64,000 bases of DNA from Octopus vulgaris (Eukaryota), in assembly GCA_951406725.2 (NCBI GenBank), contig OX597827.1, positions 68,572,001 to 68,636,000 of the forward strand, read 5' to 3'. The notes under the pieces are model-generated. The model did no database searches. It was not told where the DNA came from and saw nothing but the letters and a program-made list of their open reading frames with translations. This document shows, piece by piece, positions 32,338-46,128 of the stretch. The position numbers were made by a program, and so were the translations under genes. Numbering within the stretch: position 1 is the first letter of the stretch; the number at the start of each line of letters is the position of its first letter.

Positions 32338-32770
32338 TACAGGAGTGGCTGTGTGGTAAGTAGCTTGCTTACCAACCACATTACTATTAATTCCAATTTC
32401 CCTTCGATATGATTAAGTATTGTAAATTTTTGGATAATTTTCGGATTTTAAAAGTTGGCATTTTTTTATTGCCAATGAGGGGCTGCGTCAGCGCAATAGA
32501 TTTTGAAAAAATTAGGATTTATAAACAAGAGGCATATAGTTGGTGTTTTATATATTTAATCTAAGGTGTACTGGTTGAAGAATATTTCACCTAGCGAATA
32601 TTATTTATTTGCTAAACTAAAATCAGAAACCAATTGGTCCAGCAAACTAGATGGTAAAAAGTTTATTTTATCCCTAATTTTGTGGTTATAGAACCTAGCT
32701 GTTCTTTCTAGCGTATTGAATCCAAGGAGTGGATTCCTTATGTGTTTAAATGTACACTGTATTTTATATA

Positions 32771-32843
<73 letters not shown>

Positions 32844-32887
32844 TTATATACATATCAAGCAATCTATTTTTGCATATAAGTATATAA

Positions 32888-32924
<37 letters not shown>

Positions 32925-33405
32925 CGTATATATCTATACATGTGTGTGAGTTTATGTATATGTATATGTATATATGTATATACATATACATATACATATA
33001 TAGATATATATATATATATATATATGTATATACATATAGATATACATATATTTATGTATATATATATATATGTGTGTGTATGTAGGTATGTAAGCGTAAC
33101 AATTTAATATAAAGTAAACGTGTATGTGAAAGTGAGCGGGTTGGTGTAGTGAGAAAAGTGGGGGAGGGGGTGGGCGTGTGTTGGTGGAGTGCGTTTCTGA
33201 ATGGAGAATATGGAGCGAAAAGGGGACGCGAAAGGAGAAGAAGAAAAAAAATGGATATGATTGCAATGAAAGAGATATGATGTGTTCCCACGACGGAACG
33301 TTACTTTGGTGACACATTTAATAGCCTCACGTAACTTTACCCGCTTGTACACATATTTATCATCACGCCCTATCTGTAATGGACGGTCTCAAATACAGGC
33401 TTTCA

Positions 33406-33457
<52 letters not shown>

Positions 33458-33603
33458 GAGAGAGAGAGAGACGCAGGCAGAGATACACGCAGATACACAC
33501 GTGTAAGCGCTCACTGCCACACACGCAGAAAAATGCACAAAAGCTCAGAGAAGCAGAAACACACACACATATGTATGTATCTATATGTATATATATATAT
33601 GTA

Positions 33604-33640
<37 letters not shown>

Positions 33641-33649
33641 CTCTTTAAC

Positions 33650-33814
33650 GCTTTTACTTGTTTCAGTCATTTGACTGCGGCCATTGACTTTGTAAGCTTA
33701 ATACTTATTCCATCGGTCGCTTTGCCGAACCGCTAGTTACGGGGACGTAAACACACCACCATCGGTTGTCAAGCGATGTTGGGGTGACAAACACAGATAC
33801 ACAAACATATGCAC

Positions 33815-33849
<35 letters not shown>

Positions 33850-33995
33850 ACGGGTTTCTTTCAGTTTCACACAAGGCTTTGGTCGGCCCGAGTCTATAGT
33901 AGAAGACACTTGCCCACGATGCCACGCAGTGTGTCTGAACCTGGAACCATGTGGTTCGTAAGCAAGCTACTTACCACACAGTCACTCTTACGGCT
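33650..33995 (-). mobile_element. SINE family B with internal deletions
   Basis: Matches the family B head and tail. Other partial B copies lie at ~34965-35100(-), 35810-36160(+), 38750-38955(+), 41385-41465(+), 42690-42875(+), 43700-43860(-), 48150-48675(+), 55103-55250(+), 59451-59610(+) and 60350-60500(-). Confidence 0.8.
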
Positions 33996-34185
33996 ATATG
34001 TATATATATATTTGTATGTATATATATACATATGTATATATATGTATGTATATATATAAACACACGCTGATATACATACGAAATGTGATATACGCAAAAC
34101 ATGCGCTGATAGTATAAAGATATACACAAACGTACTCCTAGGCATATATATATACATAAATATGAACACACACATTGAAATGCTT

Positions 34186-34223
<38 letters not shown>

Positions 34224-34224
<1 letters not shown>

Positions 34225-34366
34225 CAGGGTTGGCCAAAAGTCACTTGACAGTAAATCAAAACTCCCCATTTAATTCCAAGATTAAAACAAAAAATTTTTT
34301 ACAAGACTTTACCAATAAATAGACAAATGTTGAAAACAAAAAAATACGGTGACTTTTGACTCACTG
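34224..34366. mobile_element. Small Tc1/mariner-type MITE
   Basis: Left end cagggttggccaaaagtcac versus right end (rc) cagtgagtcaaaagtcac. Confidence 0.5.
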
Positions 34367-34403
34367 CATTCAATTATTGAACATTCATAATTGGAATGAA
34401 TAA

Positions 34404-34457
<54 letters not shown>

Positions 34458-34503
34458 CAAGTCAAAAATAGAAAATGCTAAGATAATTTTATAGTGAATC
34501 TTT

Positions 34504-34541
34504 CAGTACCGGTTTCGGTCATTTTGAGACCTTTTCAACTG
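34504..34541 (-). ncRNA. Minimal type-I hammerhead-like motif with U3-A8 core variant
   Basis: Reverse complement: cag TTGAAAA ggtc-tcaaaat-gacc GAAA cc GTA-type triplet (gaaaccggta) ctg. Stem III is palindromic ACCGGT. Confidence 0.6.
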
Positions 34542-34683
34542 TAACGATTAAATAATTAAATTTAGAAAAATTAGAAGAAAAGTTTTTTTAAAAGAATATT
34601 TCTATAGTAGTGTTCAGATATAAGTAGCATTCTGCCTTTCTCTGACTCCCTTGTTTGCACTTTTGTGTTCGAGGTCGTTGTGA

Positions 34684-34746
<63 letters not shown>

Positions 34747-34747
<1 letters not shown>

Positions 34748-34905
34748 TTTATTTTAAAGCAGCAGAAATATAACAAAAGCTGTTACTCAGAGTTTCACGT
34801 TTCAGTTCGTTGGACAGTTTTGTTTTTAAAAAAACTGTCCGACGAACGGGAACCTGAAACTCTGAGTAACAGCTTTTGTTAAATTTCTGCTGCTTTTGAA
34901 TAAAG
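34747..34905. repeat. Inverted repeat (~70-bp arms) made of two outward-facing hammerhead-like cassettes (34780-34817 -, 34835-34872 +)
   Basis: + arm: ctgt CCGACGA acg-ggaa-cct GAAA ctc-t-ga GTA acag. - arm: ctgt CCAACGA act-gaaa-cgt GAAA ctctga GTA acag. The two-arm consensus gives stem II acg/cgt. Confidence 0.75.
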
Positions 34906-35102
34906 CACATTACTCTACCTCTGGTATTTGAGTACTCTTTTTTCCACCTTGTCGCATTTACATATACGACGGGCTTCTTTAAGTTTCCGTCTACCAAATC
35001 CACTCACAAGGCTTTGGTTGACCCGAGCCTATAGTAGAAGACACTTGCCCAAGGTGCCACGCAGTGGGACTGAACCCGGAACCATGTGGTTCGTAAGCAA
35101 GG

Positions 35103-35170
35103 AGGAATCGACGTAAGCTTAAAAAATAAACCGATATAGCTGAACCGCGATATGTCGAGGGATTACTGTA
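35103..35170. mobile_element. pogo/Tigger-like terminal fragment (related fragment at ~39000-39090)
   Basis: ccgcgatatgtcgaggggattactg|ta versus ccgcgatagtcgggggattaatg|ta. Confidence 0.5.
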
Positions 35171-36664
35171 TTTACCTTTTACTTTTCACTTGCTTCAATC
35201 ATTGGATTGCGACCACGCTGGATCACAGCCATGAAGGATTTCAGTCGCGCAAATCAACCAGAATCCTTTATTCTTTAGGTCTGCTGAAACGCTAAGTTGC
35301 GGAAGTGTAAACAAAATGCTAGAATTAGTAGGGTTCAGCAATGCAGTTTTGTTTTTTTATGTATCTGTTCTAGATTTAAGCTGTTCACAACTATTTTAGC
35401 AGGCCAAGCGACTGCAGAGAAGCTCCATATGTTTTTAATTCCCACTAAGGGCGTGTAGCCAAGAGGTTAGAGTATTATATACAGGATCGTAAGATCGCGG
35501 TTTCCATTCCTGGACCGGGTGGTGTGCTGTATTCTTGAGCAAAACACTTTATATCCCTTTCGTCTGCGATCACTTCGATACTTGACGTTTCGTAAACCGT
35601 GCACCTACTCAGGCAGCGTCGGTTTGACGGAGATAATGAGCTAATGTGCTAATGTACAGTTCAAACATTTGGTCGCTATAAACAACGTATTTATGATGGT
35701 TCTTTCAACAAGAAATTGAAGAACTGTCATTCTCAGATACCATTATTTACAACTGTGACAGTCCACGGCATGAGTGTATGGGTAAAAAGTGAGCTTGTCA
35801 ATTACGACGTTTCGGGTTCACTTCCACTGCGCGACACGTGAGCCGACCAGTATGTTGCGTTTGAATTTCGCAGACGGAAACTGTGTGGAAGCATCTCGTA
35901 TATACATATATCTATCATTGTGTATGCCTTTGTGATTGTGTTTCTCCCCCACCTCTGCTTGACAAATAGGGTTGGTTTGTTTACATTCCTGTAATTTAGG
36001 TTTTCGACAATAGACACTGATAGATATGTACCAAATTTTTAAAAGAACCACCCGCACACACCGAAGAAAAAAGAAAAAACGAAGTACTGGGGCTATATGT
36101 TCGACTAAAACCCTTCAAGGCTGGGCTCCAATATGGCTGTGGTCTGATGGCTAAAATAACTAAAAAGAAAGAAAAAAAAGGATACAGTTAACCGGACAAT
36201 TCTGAGAGACTGGAAATGGCGTTTTGGAGTGGGAGAACAAATCATGATAGAAAATGGTATTCTCTGAAATTTAAAGGAAAGAACCACAGGAAGCCTGATT
36301 CGTACACATTTATAAAGCCCTTCCCGTCACACTGTTCACACATCATTTCGATCCTGCGCCCTTGCTGTCGAGGTAGTTCCACTTCCCCAGAAGCCGTATT
36401 TCTCTTCATCTTGTCATTCTACGGTTGGATAGTTAAAAAAGATAATAACCGCAAACTTCTCAAATATAAGTACTTTAAAGAGTTAATAGACAAAACATAT
36501 GCAATGGCACATAAAGACAAGAGCGCGTGTATATGTATGTATATATATATATGCGTGTATATGCATATACATTCATGCACTTAACTTACACGTATATATA
36601 TGTGCATATTTATATATACATACATATATATAGACGAACTTAACTTACAGACATATATATATAG

Positions 36665-36752
<88 letters not shown>

Positions 36753-36844
36753 TAATCCAAACAAGAAAACAAAAAGACAACAACGCAAGGATGTGCAACA
36801 AATAAAGTATTATTGGATGCTCAGGAATGAAGGGAAGAAGGAGG

Positions 36845-36879
36845 GTTTGACGTTTCGAGCGGAGCTCTTCGTCGGAAAC
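36845..36879 (-). ncRNA. Minimal type-I hammerhead-like motif with canonical GUC triplet, in cassette 36747-36910
   Basis: Reverse complement: gttt CCGACGA a gagc-tcc-gctc GAAAC GTC aaac. Confidence 0.65.
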
Positions 36880-37106
36880 ATAGGAGAAGGAAAGACCCGA
36901 GAAGGGAAGATACACTCAATATGTAGGAATTGAACACCTATTTTGTATATCTTAAACAATCTCTGACGGGGTTCGACTTACAAATAATTTTTAATTTTAT
37001 TAATTAATTATCCGAAGGTTTACAATTGAAATAGCTGTGAGAGATGTTTGATAATCTTTTAATTAATAAATAACAATTTATCAATTATATTTCTATTTTC
37101 TAATAT

Positions 37107-37137
<31 letters not shown>

Positions 37138-37203
37138 CGCACGCACACATGTTTACATACGTTTTTGTTTATATATGTATATATGACTATATAAATATAT
37201 GAG

Positions 37204-37258
<55 letters not shown>

Positions 37259-37319
37259 AAATTTATAAACAAATATATATATATGAGTGTGTGTGTTTAT
37301 CAATACGCACATACATACA

Positions 37320-37740
37320 CAGCGAGTCCCTAAATTTATGAGACATAGCCAAAATGTATATTTTCAAGAAATACACATAAAATTTTCGACAAGAAAGGCG
37401 GTGCCCCAGAATGGCCACAGTCCGTGAGCTGAAACTAGATGAAATTAAAAAAAAACAACATTTTATTGAATTGGAATATTAACAAATAACATGTTCAATA
37501 CGATTTTCGGGATTTGTAATGCAAAGGTCAATACGCTTTTCAAGATTTATCTTTTGGGCTGTGCAGTGGTCTATCGTACTCTTCTCTCGGATTTTCAAGA
37601 TCATAATATCAGTGAATGTTGAAGTAGTGCCGAAACTCACGCTGAAACTACTGACAGACTCGTTATTCTTCACGTGAACTGTCGTAGGTAAACACGCGAT
37701 GTTTTATCGTTCACAACGCCATGGGTTCACCTGAAAAGAA
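37320..37740 (-). mobile_element. Internally deleted Tc1/mariner relic
   Basis: Minus strand has an N-terminal-like HRVFTYDS..QREFRHYF fused to a C-terminal-like EKRIDLCITNPENRIEHVI*. A TIR-like cagcgagtccctaaatt marks the end. Confidence 0.5.
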
Positions 37741-38036
37741 GAAAAAAATGGTAAGACACACTGGACCGAATGACACCTGTCGGATATATGTCCCTCTGTC
37801 TTGGGCTGAGTAATAACCATTTCAAAAACGCCCGTACTCTCTGCCACACGCACATACATGCTCTCTTATACACACGCACGCGCACATTCGTTTTGGGATC
37901 ACCACTACTTTATTATCTACACTTCTTCCTAGCTCTCCTGTGTAACCTCTCTGTCCGACAATCGCCATGATAGCTCACTAGCCACTACACATTCTTTATT
38001 TTGTCTTATTTTCTCCCCTTGTTTCTTTCTGTGTTC

Positions 38037-38072
38037 CTTTCTGTGGAAGAGCGTAGGCTCGAAACGTTAGAC
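38037..38072 (+). ncRNA. Hammerhead-like motif, CTGTNGA family (cassette ~37950-38160)
   Basis: cttt CTGTGGA a gagc-gtag-gctc GAAAC GTT agac. Confidence 0.45.
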
Positions 38073-38156
38073 TTTTTCACTTCCCGAGCGTTAAACTAAT
38101 ACATCTGTTTGTTGTCGACATCACCTGTCTTCATCTTTTGTTTTTTTGTGTTTTCT

Positions 38157-38210
<54 letters not shown>

Positions 38211-38475
38211 CAAATTAAAGCCGAATACAGGCGAGAGAACAACAAGCAGGTGTGTTAGTTTAACGCTCGGGAAGAATGGAAAAGTCTTTCACATTTCGCG
38301 TTAAGCTCTTCGACAGAAAGGATTGAGAGGCGAAAATGGACCGAAAGAGAAAGAAAAACACGCAGAGAGAAAAAAACGTGTAGGGATAAACGGTTCAACA
38401 TGATGAAATGTTTTGAGTTTTATTTTTGCTGTTTGCATCACCAAACCTCTCTCTCTCTCTCTCTCACTCTGTCTG

Positions 38476-38536
<61 letters not shown>

Positions 38537-38577
38537 GCTTGGTGACAGAAACAGGAAAAATACAGCTCAAAACATGA

Positions 38578-38623
<46 letters not shown>

Positions 38624-39099
38624 TCTTTTATTAGTATTAGCAGAAGCAACAGAATGACAAGAATGGCCTGAGAACTTTGATAAATGCAGGAATCTGTCGA
38701 CCCTTGAGTCACTCTGTTGTTTCTGATATATATACCAGAGTGTGTGTGTGTGCATTTTGTTTGCCCCCCCCCCCCAACATCGCTTGACAACCGATGCTGG
38801 TGTGTTTACGTGCCCGGAACTTAGCTGTTCGGCAAAAGAGACCGATAGAATAAGTACCAGGCTTACAAAGAATAAGTCCTGGGGCCGATTTGCTCGATCG
38901 ACAAAAGGCGGTGCTCCAGCATGGCCACAGTCAAATGACTGAAACAAGTAAAAGAGTATATACAAATTATAAAAATAATTTTTAAATATATACAGTACAG
39001 TACAGTACTGTTTATACATCGCGGATTTTCACCTATCGCGGTGTGTGGTTTGGAACGTGACATCCGCGATAGTCGGGGGATTAATGTAATAATAAAGCA

Positions 39100-39790
39100 G
39101 GATTTGAACTCAGAAAGAAAATACGGACGAAATGCCGTTAAGTATTTTGTCCGGTATGTTTGCAATTCTGCAAACACGCTGCCTAGAATAAATAATAATA
39201 ATGGTTTCAAATTCTAGCATATGGTCACCAATTTTAAGAGAAAGGTCAAGTCGATTACATCGACCCCCACCACCACTACCCCAGTGCTCAACTGGTTGTT
39301 ACTTTATCGACCCCGAATGAATGAAAAGCAAAGTCGACCTCGACAGAATTTGAACTCAGAATGTAAAAACCGACGAAATACCTATTTCTTTACTGCCCAA
39401 AAGGAGCTAAACACAGAGAGGACAAACAAGAACAGACAAACGGATTGAGTCGATTATATCGACCCCAGTACGTAACTGGTACTTATTTAATCGACCCCGA
39501 AAGGATGAAAGACAAAGTCGACCTCGGCGGAATTTGAACTCAGAACGTAGCGGCAGACGAAATACCTATTTCTTTATTACCCACAAGGGGCTAAACACAG
39601 AGGGGACAAACAAGGACAGACAAAGGGATTAAGACGATTACACCGACCCCAGTGCGTAACTGGTACTTAATTTATCGACCCCGAAAGGATGAAAGGTAAA
39701 GTCGACCTCGGCGGAATTTGAACTCAGAACGTAACGGCAGACGAAATACGGCTACGCACTTCGCCCGGCGTGCTAACGTTTCTGCCAGCT
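39100..39790 (-). mobile_element. SINE family A head-to-tail multimer (3 modules plus an older copy)
   Basis: The module aaagtcgacctcg.c.gaatttgaactcagaa recurs at ~39330, 39515 and 39698. Confidence 0.88.
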
Positions 39791-39791
39791 A

Positions 39792-39850
<59 letters not shown>

Positions 39851-40499
39851 GAGAGGATTGGTCAACTTCTAATAAGAATGAAAATTTTTTAAAAATTAAT
39901 ATCTGTTGCCGTTACTGTAGCCCTCCCATGTCAATTCTGATTGAGTAGAAGACAATGATAAGAGACATTCCAGCCGCGAACATTCCATCTGTTCTTAGAG
40001 CATGTAGGACTACATCTTCTAATATAATCTTTTCCTCCGCCACCATCACCACCACCATCACCATCACCACCTTCTTTATTTTTAAATAAACAACGAGGTA
40101 GGGATGTTCTGAGGGAGATCGAGCTACAAATTTTTGGCAGGTCTAGGGACCACCTATCGGCCCTTTCATCGACTTCATTGAATAGAGTTTCTTAATCGTT
40201 GGTGTAATTTGTTTAAGCTTGCTTATGATCCCAGGTCAAAGCCGGCTATTCGCTGCTAGATAGGAGTTAATAATAATAATAATGAAAAAAGGGACTGGTG
40301 AGCCCTCAAACAGTAAATAGCCGTGACTTCCCACCGAAAAGGCGCTCTTTTAAACGCTTATTAAGTTTTTTGTTTGAAACCGTCAAACTCGAACCCAACG
40401 AAGCCGTGAAATAAGAAAAATAAACGAAATATCTCAGTATCAAATTGATTTAACGAAGCGAATCGTGGCTTTGTTGGTGACGGAGGTGGGGGGGGGACC

Positions 40500-41040
40500 G
40501 CTGATGCTGGTAATGGTGGTGGTGGTGGTGGTGGTGGTGGTGGTGGTGGTGGTGGTGGTGGTGGTGGTGGTGGTGGTGGTTGGTGGTGGTGGTGGTAGTG
40601 GTGGTGGTGGTGGTAGTGGTGGTGGTGAGTGCTGCTGTAATGGTAACGGTGGTGGCGGTGTAAGTAGCTGTAGTAGTGGTGGAGGAAGTGGTGGTGCTGG
40701 TGGTGGAGGTACCGCTGATGCTGGTAATGCTGATGCTGGTAATGGTGGTGGTGGTGTAAGTAGCTGTAGTAGCGGTGGTGGAAGTGGTAGTGGTGGTGCT
40801 GGTGGTGGAGGTGGTGGTGGTAGCGATGGTAATGGTGGGGGTGGTGACTATGCTGGTAGTGATGGTAGTAGTAGTAGTAGTAATAGGGGTGGTAACGGTG
40901 GTGGTAATGATGGTGGTAATGGTGGTGGTAATCATAGTATATGATAGTGGTAACGGTCTTGATGCCAGTGCCGGTGGTGGTGGTGGCGGTGGTGGTGGTG
41001 GTCGTCGTCGTCGTCGTCGTCGCTGTCGTGGTAGTGGTTG
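40500..41040. repeat. (GGT)n low-complexity tract
   Basis: Direct inspection. Confidence 0.9.
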
Positions 41041-41771
41041 TAGCGATTCAATATATTCCAGAACAAGTTATAGCAAACCCAGTGCCAAAAAATAGAAAAA
41101 ACGAAAACAAAAAAAATTAAATATCACATCAGTAATCTCACTCATACAATGAGAATACGCCCAACGTGTCCACTCGCTTTACTAGAAATAGTAACCAATA
41201 CTTTCTCACAGGACATTTCATCGTTTCTTTTGTAAAAAAAAATTGAGTGATAAGAAAACAGGTGTAAATATACACCTTAGATTCTGAGAAATCGGTCTTA
41301 TGAGCCTTTGGCTTAGGGGGCAGAGCTTTGATCCTTTTCCTCAGGCTGTGGCTTGTGGTCAATAGATAAACACCTCGGACAAGTCTCTCTTCTACTATAG
41401 CCCCAGGACAAACAAAACCTTGTGTGTGGATTTGGTAGAAGGAAACTGAAAGAAGCCTGTCGTATATATATATGTTTGTGTGTGTATGCCTTTGTGTCTG
41501 TATCTGTTCCCTTCTACCGGGCCCTATAATGCTGTTAAGATGGGCATGCACACACACATACACTCAACCACCCACCCACCCACATGCACACACACATATA
41601 CACGCACACATACACGCACACAAGCAAACAAATACGCACGCACACACACATACACACACACATGTATACACACCACACATGCCACACACGTACACATATG
41701 TTGCAATGACATAACAAGGCAGATGTCTAGCACAGCTGGAGATGACGAAAATGATAACAACAATAATAATG

Positions 41772-41865
<94 letters not shown>

Positions 41866-42278
41866 GAATAATAATAAAAACAGTTTCACTTGTTACATTC
41901 TCTGGCGAAATTCAGAATACCCTGTAACAAATTCTTCCTCTCAAACACTTGTTAAACAGAGAGAAATACCAAAATATCAAATTTAATACGTAAACAATAA
42001 TAGCAAAAAGAAAACATGGCGTACAAGAAGAACGCAAGACAATGCGCCATATTTATGTGTACGCGTGAATGTGAGCATGCAAGTGTGCGTATCAGAGAAC
42101 GCATGTATGTATGTATGAATATATGTGTGTGTGTGTGTATGTGTGTGTGTGTGTGTGTGTGTGTCTTTTAATTGTATCATGTGTGTTTGTTTAGTGCGCG
42201 TATAATATTTTGGTATTTTCTGTTGTTTAGAAAACAACTGGTATAGTAGAGTCATTTGATTCCACTGTGAATGCATAC

Positions 42279-42313
<35 letters not shown>

Positions 42314-42383
42314 TGTATGTATGTATGTATGTATGTATGTATGTATGTATGTATGTATGTATGTATGCATGTATATATATATG

Positions 42384-42481
<98 letters not shown>

Positions 42482-42544
42482 GTATGTATGCATATATACA
42501 TATTATACATATATATATATGTGTGTATATATATATATGTATAC

Positions 42545-42643
<99 letters not shown>

Positions 42644-42873
42644 CACATATATATGTGTGTGTGTGTGTGTTTATGTTTGTATGTCTGTGTTAGACCCCTA
42701 ACATCGCTTGACAACCGATGCTGGCGTGTTTAAGTGCCCGTAACCTAGCAGTTCGGCAAATGAGACTGATAAAATAAGTACTAGGCTTACAAACAATAAG
42801 TCCAGGGATCGATTTGCTCCACTAGAAGCTGTGCTCCAGCATGGCCGCAGTCAAATGACTGAAACAAGTGAAA

Positions 42874-42936
<63 letters not shown>

Positions 42937-42995
42937 GTAAACTGGCAAAAATGACCATTCCGAAATACAACAACACACACACATATATATATATA

Positions 42996-43297
42996 TACAC
43001 ACGTCCAGACCTCTCATACGCACTAATACTCTCTCATACACACACACACCCTTATACATACTAATACGTACTAATACATACTAATACATACTAATACATA
43101 CACCAACCCTATACATACACACGTCCAGACCTCTCGTACGCACTAATACTCTCTCATACACACACACACACACACACACACACTTATACATACTAATACA
43201 TACTAATACATACACCAACCCTATACATACACACGTCCAGACCTCTCATACGCACTAATACTCTCTCATACACACACACACACACACACACCCTTAT
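42996..43297. repeat. Three-copy ~110-120 bp tandem repeat
   Basis: acacgtccagacctctc.tacgcactaatactctctcatacacac starts at ~42999, 43119 and 43231. Confidence 0.88.
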
Positions 43298-43458
43298 GTT
43301 GGAGCTGGTCACTCAACCCTATTATCTCCCCTAATTTCGCTCTCGCGTCTCATGTTTGATCTTTGACTTCTGGCCGAAATCAGATCGCCATGTTGGTTCG
43401 TTAGTTACTGCACGCATTTTTTTCTCTCCTTCTTTCTGTGTTTTTTTCTTTCTGTGTA

Positions 43459-43496
43459 TCTTTCTGTTGAAGAGCGTAGGCTCGAAACGTTAAAGA
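43459..43496 (+). ncRNA. Hammerhead-like motif, CTGTNGA family (cassette ~43380-43595)
   Basis: tcttt CTGTTGA a gagc-gtag-gctc GAAAC GTT aaaga, with a 5-bp stem I. Confidence 0.5.
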
Positions 43497-43593
43497 CTTG
43501 TTTTATTTATATTTCCTGAGCGCCATACTAATACAATTGTTTGTTTGTTTTCCACCTGCCTTCGTCTTTTGTCTATTTTCATAAAGCTTCCCG

Positions 43594-43665
<72 letters not shown>

Positions 43666-43892
43666 CGGAAACTGAAAAAGAGCATGTCCTATATATATAT
43701 GACATGCTTCTTTTCAGCTTCCGTTAACCAAATCTTACTTAGAAGGTTCGGTCGGTCCACGGTTAGAGTAGAAGACAGTTGTTTAAGGTGTCAAGCGGTG
43801 GGACTGAACCTGGAACAACGGGATTAAAAAAGCAAACTTTATACCACACAGCCACGGCTGAACCCAACCGTAAACATCAAAGTTATCCGACA

Positions 43893-43943
<51 letters not shown>

Positions 43944-44562
43944 TATATATATATGATGAGCGCTTTATTGTGCGTCTGTTTCTTTGTGTCTGATGTCTGA
44001 ACGTGTGTGTGTGTGCATGTTAATGCGTTCGTTGAAGGAGTGGTTGGCCCCTTAAAATATTATCTTGCTGATATATTTACTGTCCCTGCTGTGGAGATAT
44101 TTTCTTGCTTTTTCTGAAGTTCATTGTCATTGTTCCTTTTTCTTTTTTTTACAATTTTTCTACATTTTCGTGGTTTGTTTTCTCAGAGAATACGCTTTTC
44201 TTTAGTAGAATGTGTAATAACTGTATATTTTCACGTGCGCACACACACACACACACACACACATACACACACATACACACGCACACACACACATACATAC
44301 ACACACACGTATGTATATATGTATGTATGTATATATATATATATATATAAATGGCGGTGCCCCAGCATGGCCACAGCTCATGAGCTGAAACTAGAATCAA
44401 TCAATCAATCATATATATAGATATATATATATTGTGCAGCTTTAGGGTGATGGCGAGCTAGGTCTATAAATAGAAGACATATGCACGCGGTGCATGAGCA
44501 TGGCCGCAGCTCTGAGCTGAAACAAGAAATACGAAAAACGAATATATATATATATATATATA

Positions 44563-44700
44563 TATCATATAAAATCCGTTCTATCTGTCTGTCTGTGTGT
44601 CTTCTAGGATCTCGGGCATCCTCCATCCGATTGCGCTCAAATTTGATATGTAGATACCGACGGTATCAGGGCGTCTATATATCTTGATAAAATTACAAAA
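44563..44700 (+). mobile_element. Probable non-autonomous Helitron 5' end
   Basis: tcatataaaatccgttctatctgtctgtctgt...ccgattgcgctcaaatttg resembles the 5' layout of the 772-1151 element. The 3' end was not located. Confidence 0.4.
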
Positions 44701-45129
44701 ATCGATTCCAGATGAGAATGTGATCAATAAAGCCATTTCTTGATCCTGCTTTCCTTCCGTCAACCTGTACATAACTGCACCTTCCATTTTTCGTTGTTTT
44801 TGTACTGCTTAATGGCACGTTTCTTTCCTGCCAAGCTTACTGTTTAAACCATGTTTGTGTTCTCCCAGTCAACAGCCTTATTATTACTGGTACTTTAAAC
44901 TCTTCAGTTGCATATTTGTGGGAATAAAATCGTTTTTCTTTGGAATAGAAAAAAAAGTCTATCTTTATTTCTTCTTTTGCTGGTGTCTCAAATTTAGGTT
45001 AAATCAGCGTTTCTCAAAGGGGAGGCCTACGGGACGGTCGGACAAGTTGTTTGGAGAAAATTTGGTTTAAATGTTTGACAGCTCAGCACCGTCCACTGGA
45101 TGGGGGGCGTTTTACTCGTATATATATGT

Positions 45130-45186
<57 letters not shown>

Positions 45187-46069
45187 CACATTATACACGT
45201 ATAATTCATATACGGTTTTCATACTAGAATATAATACTAGGCACTGGTTGTGTGGTTAGGAAACACGCTTTGTAGCAACGTGGCTTCGAGTTCAGTCCCA
45301 TTGTGCAGCTTTAGGGTGATGACGGGCTAGGTCTATAAATAGAATACATATGCACAAGATATCATCGCACATGAAACTTTGCGTTAACAAAGCCAGATTG
45401 TTAACACGGGCATGCCAGCGCCCTAAAAATATTTGATATATATATAATCAAAATAAGAGACAAGGATATCCAAAGGTTGCTTATTTTGATTATAATCACC
45501 CCATTTGATTTATATGGATAATACCATACCAAATTCTGGTGCCTTTAACTTAAGTACCATATTCATCTGAATCTAAATTTTTGCTGAACTATATATATAT
45601 ATATATATCTGTTCAATGACAAAATTACGTGATGCAGCACGGAATTTTGTCAGAGAACATAATAAAGAAAATAATTGGCGAACCAGTCTTTGATTTGTAT
45701 ATTGCGAGCTGGAGCGAACTACTGCTATCTCTAGCGGACAGGTATCCACCCCCGAGGATGAGCACAAAGAGATCGAAACCGTACGATCTGGTGGTCCTCT
45801 CGATGGAAGACGGTAGGGGTTCACTCCCTTGCTTGTAATATATATCGGGTGCAGATTGCATCGAATAACCAGCTGGAGGACGCGTCCTCCTGGGGTTCAA
45901 ATGGTAGTAACATCCGTTCCGTTCCTGCGGAACAGCCATATTTAAGTGGCGATAAGCGCTACTTCTCAGAATAGTTATTACTTTCATCTCTTATAAAGAT
46001 TTTCTGACAAGTTAATTTGCTTAAATATATATATCTATATATATACTCACACACACACACACACACACG

Positions 46070-46128
<59 letters not shown>

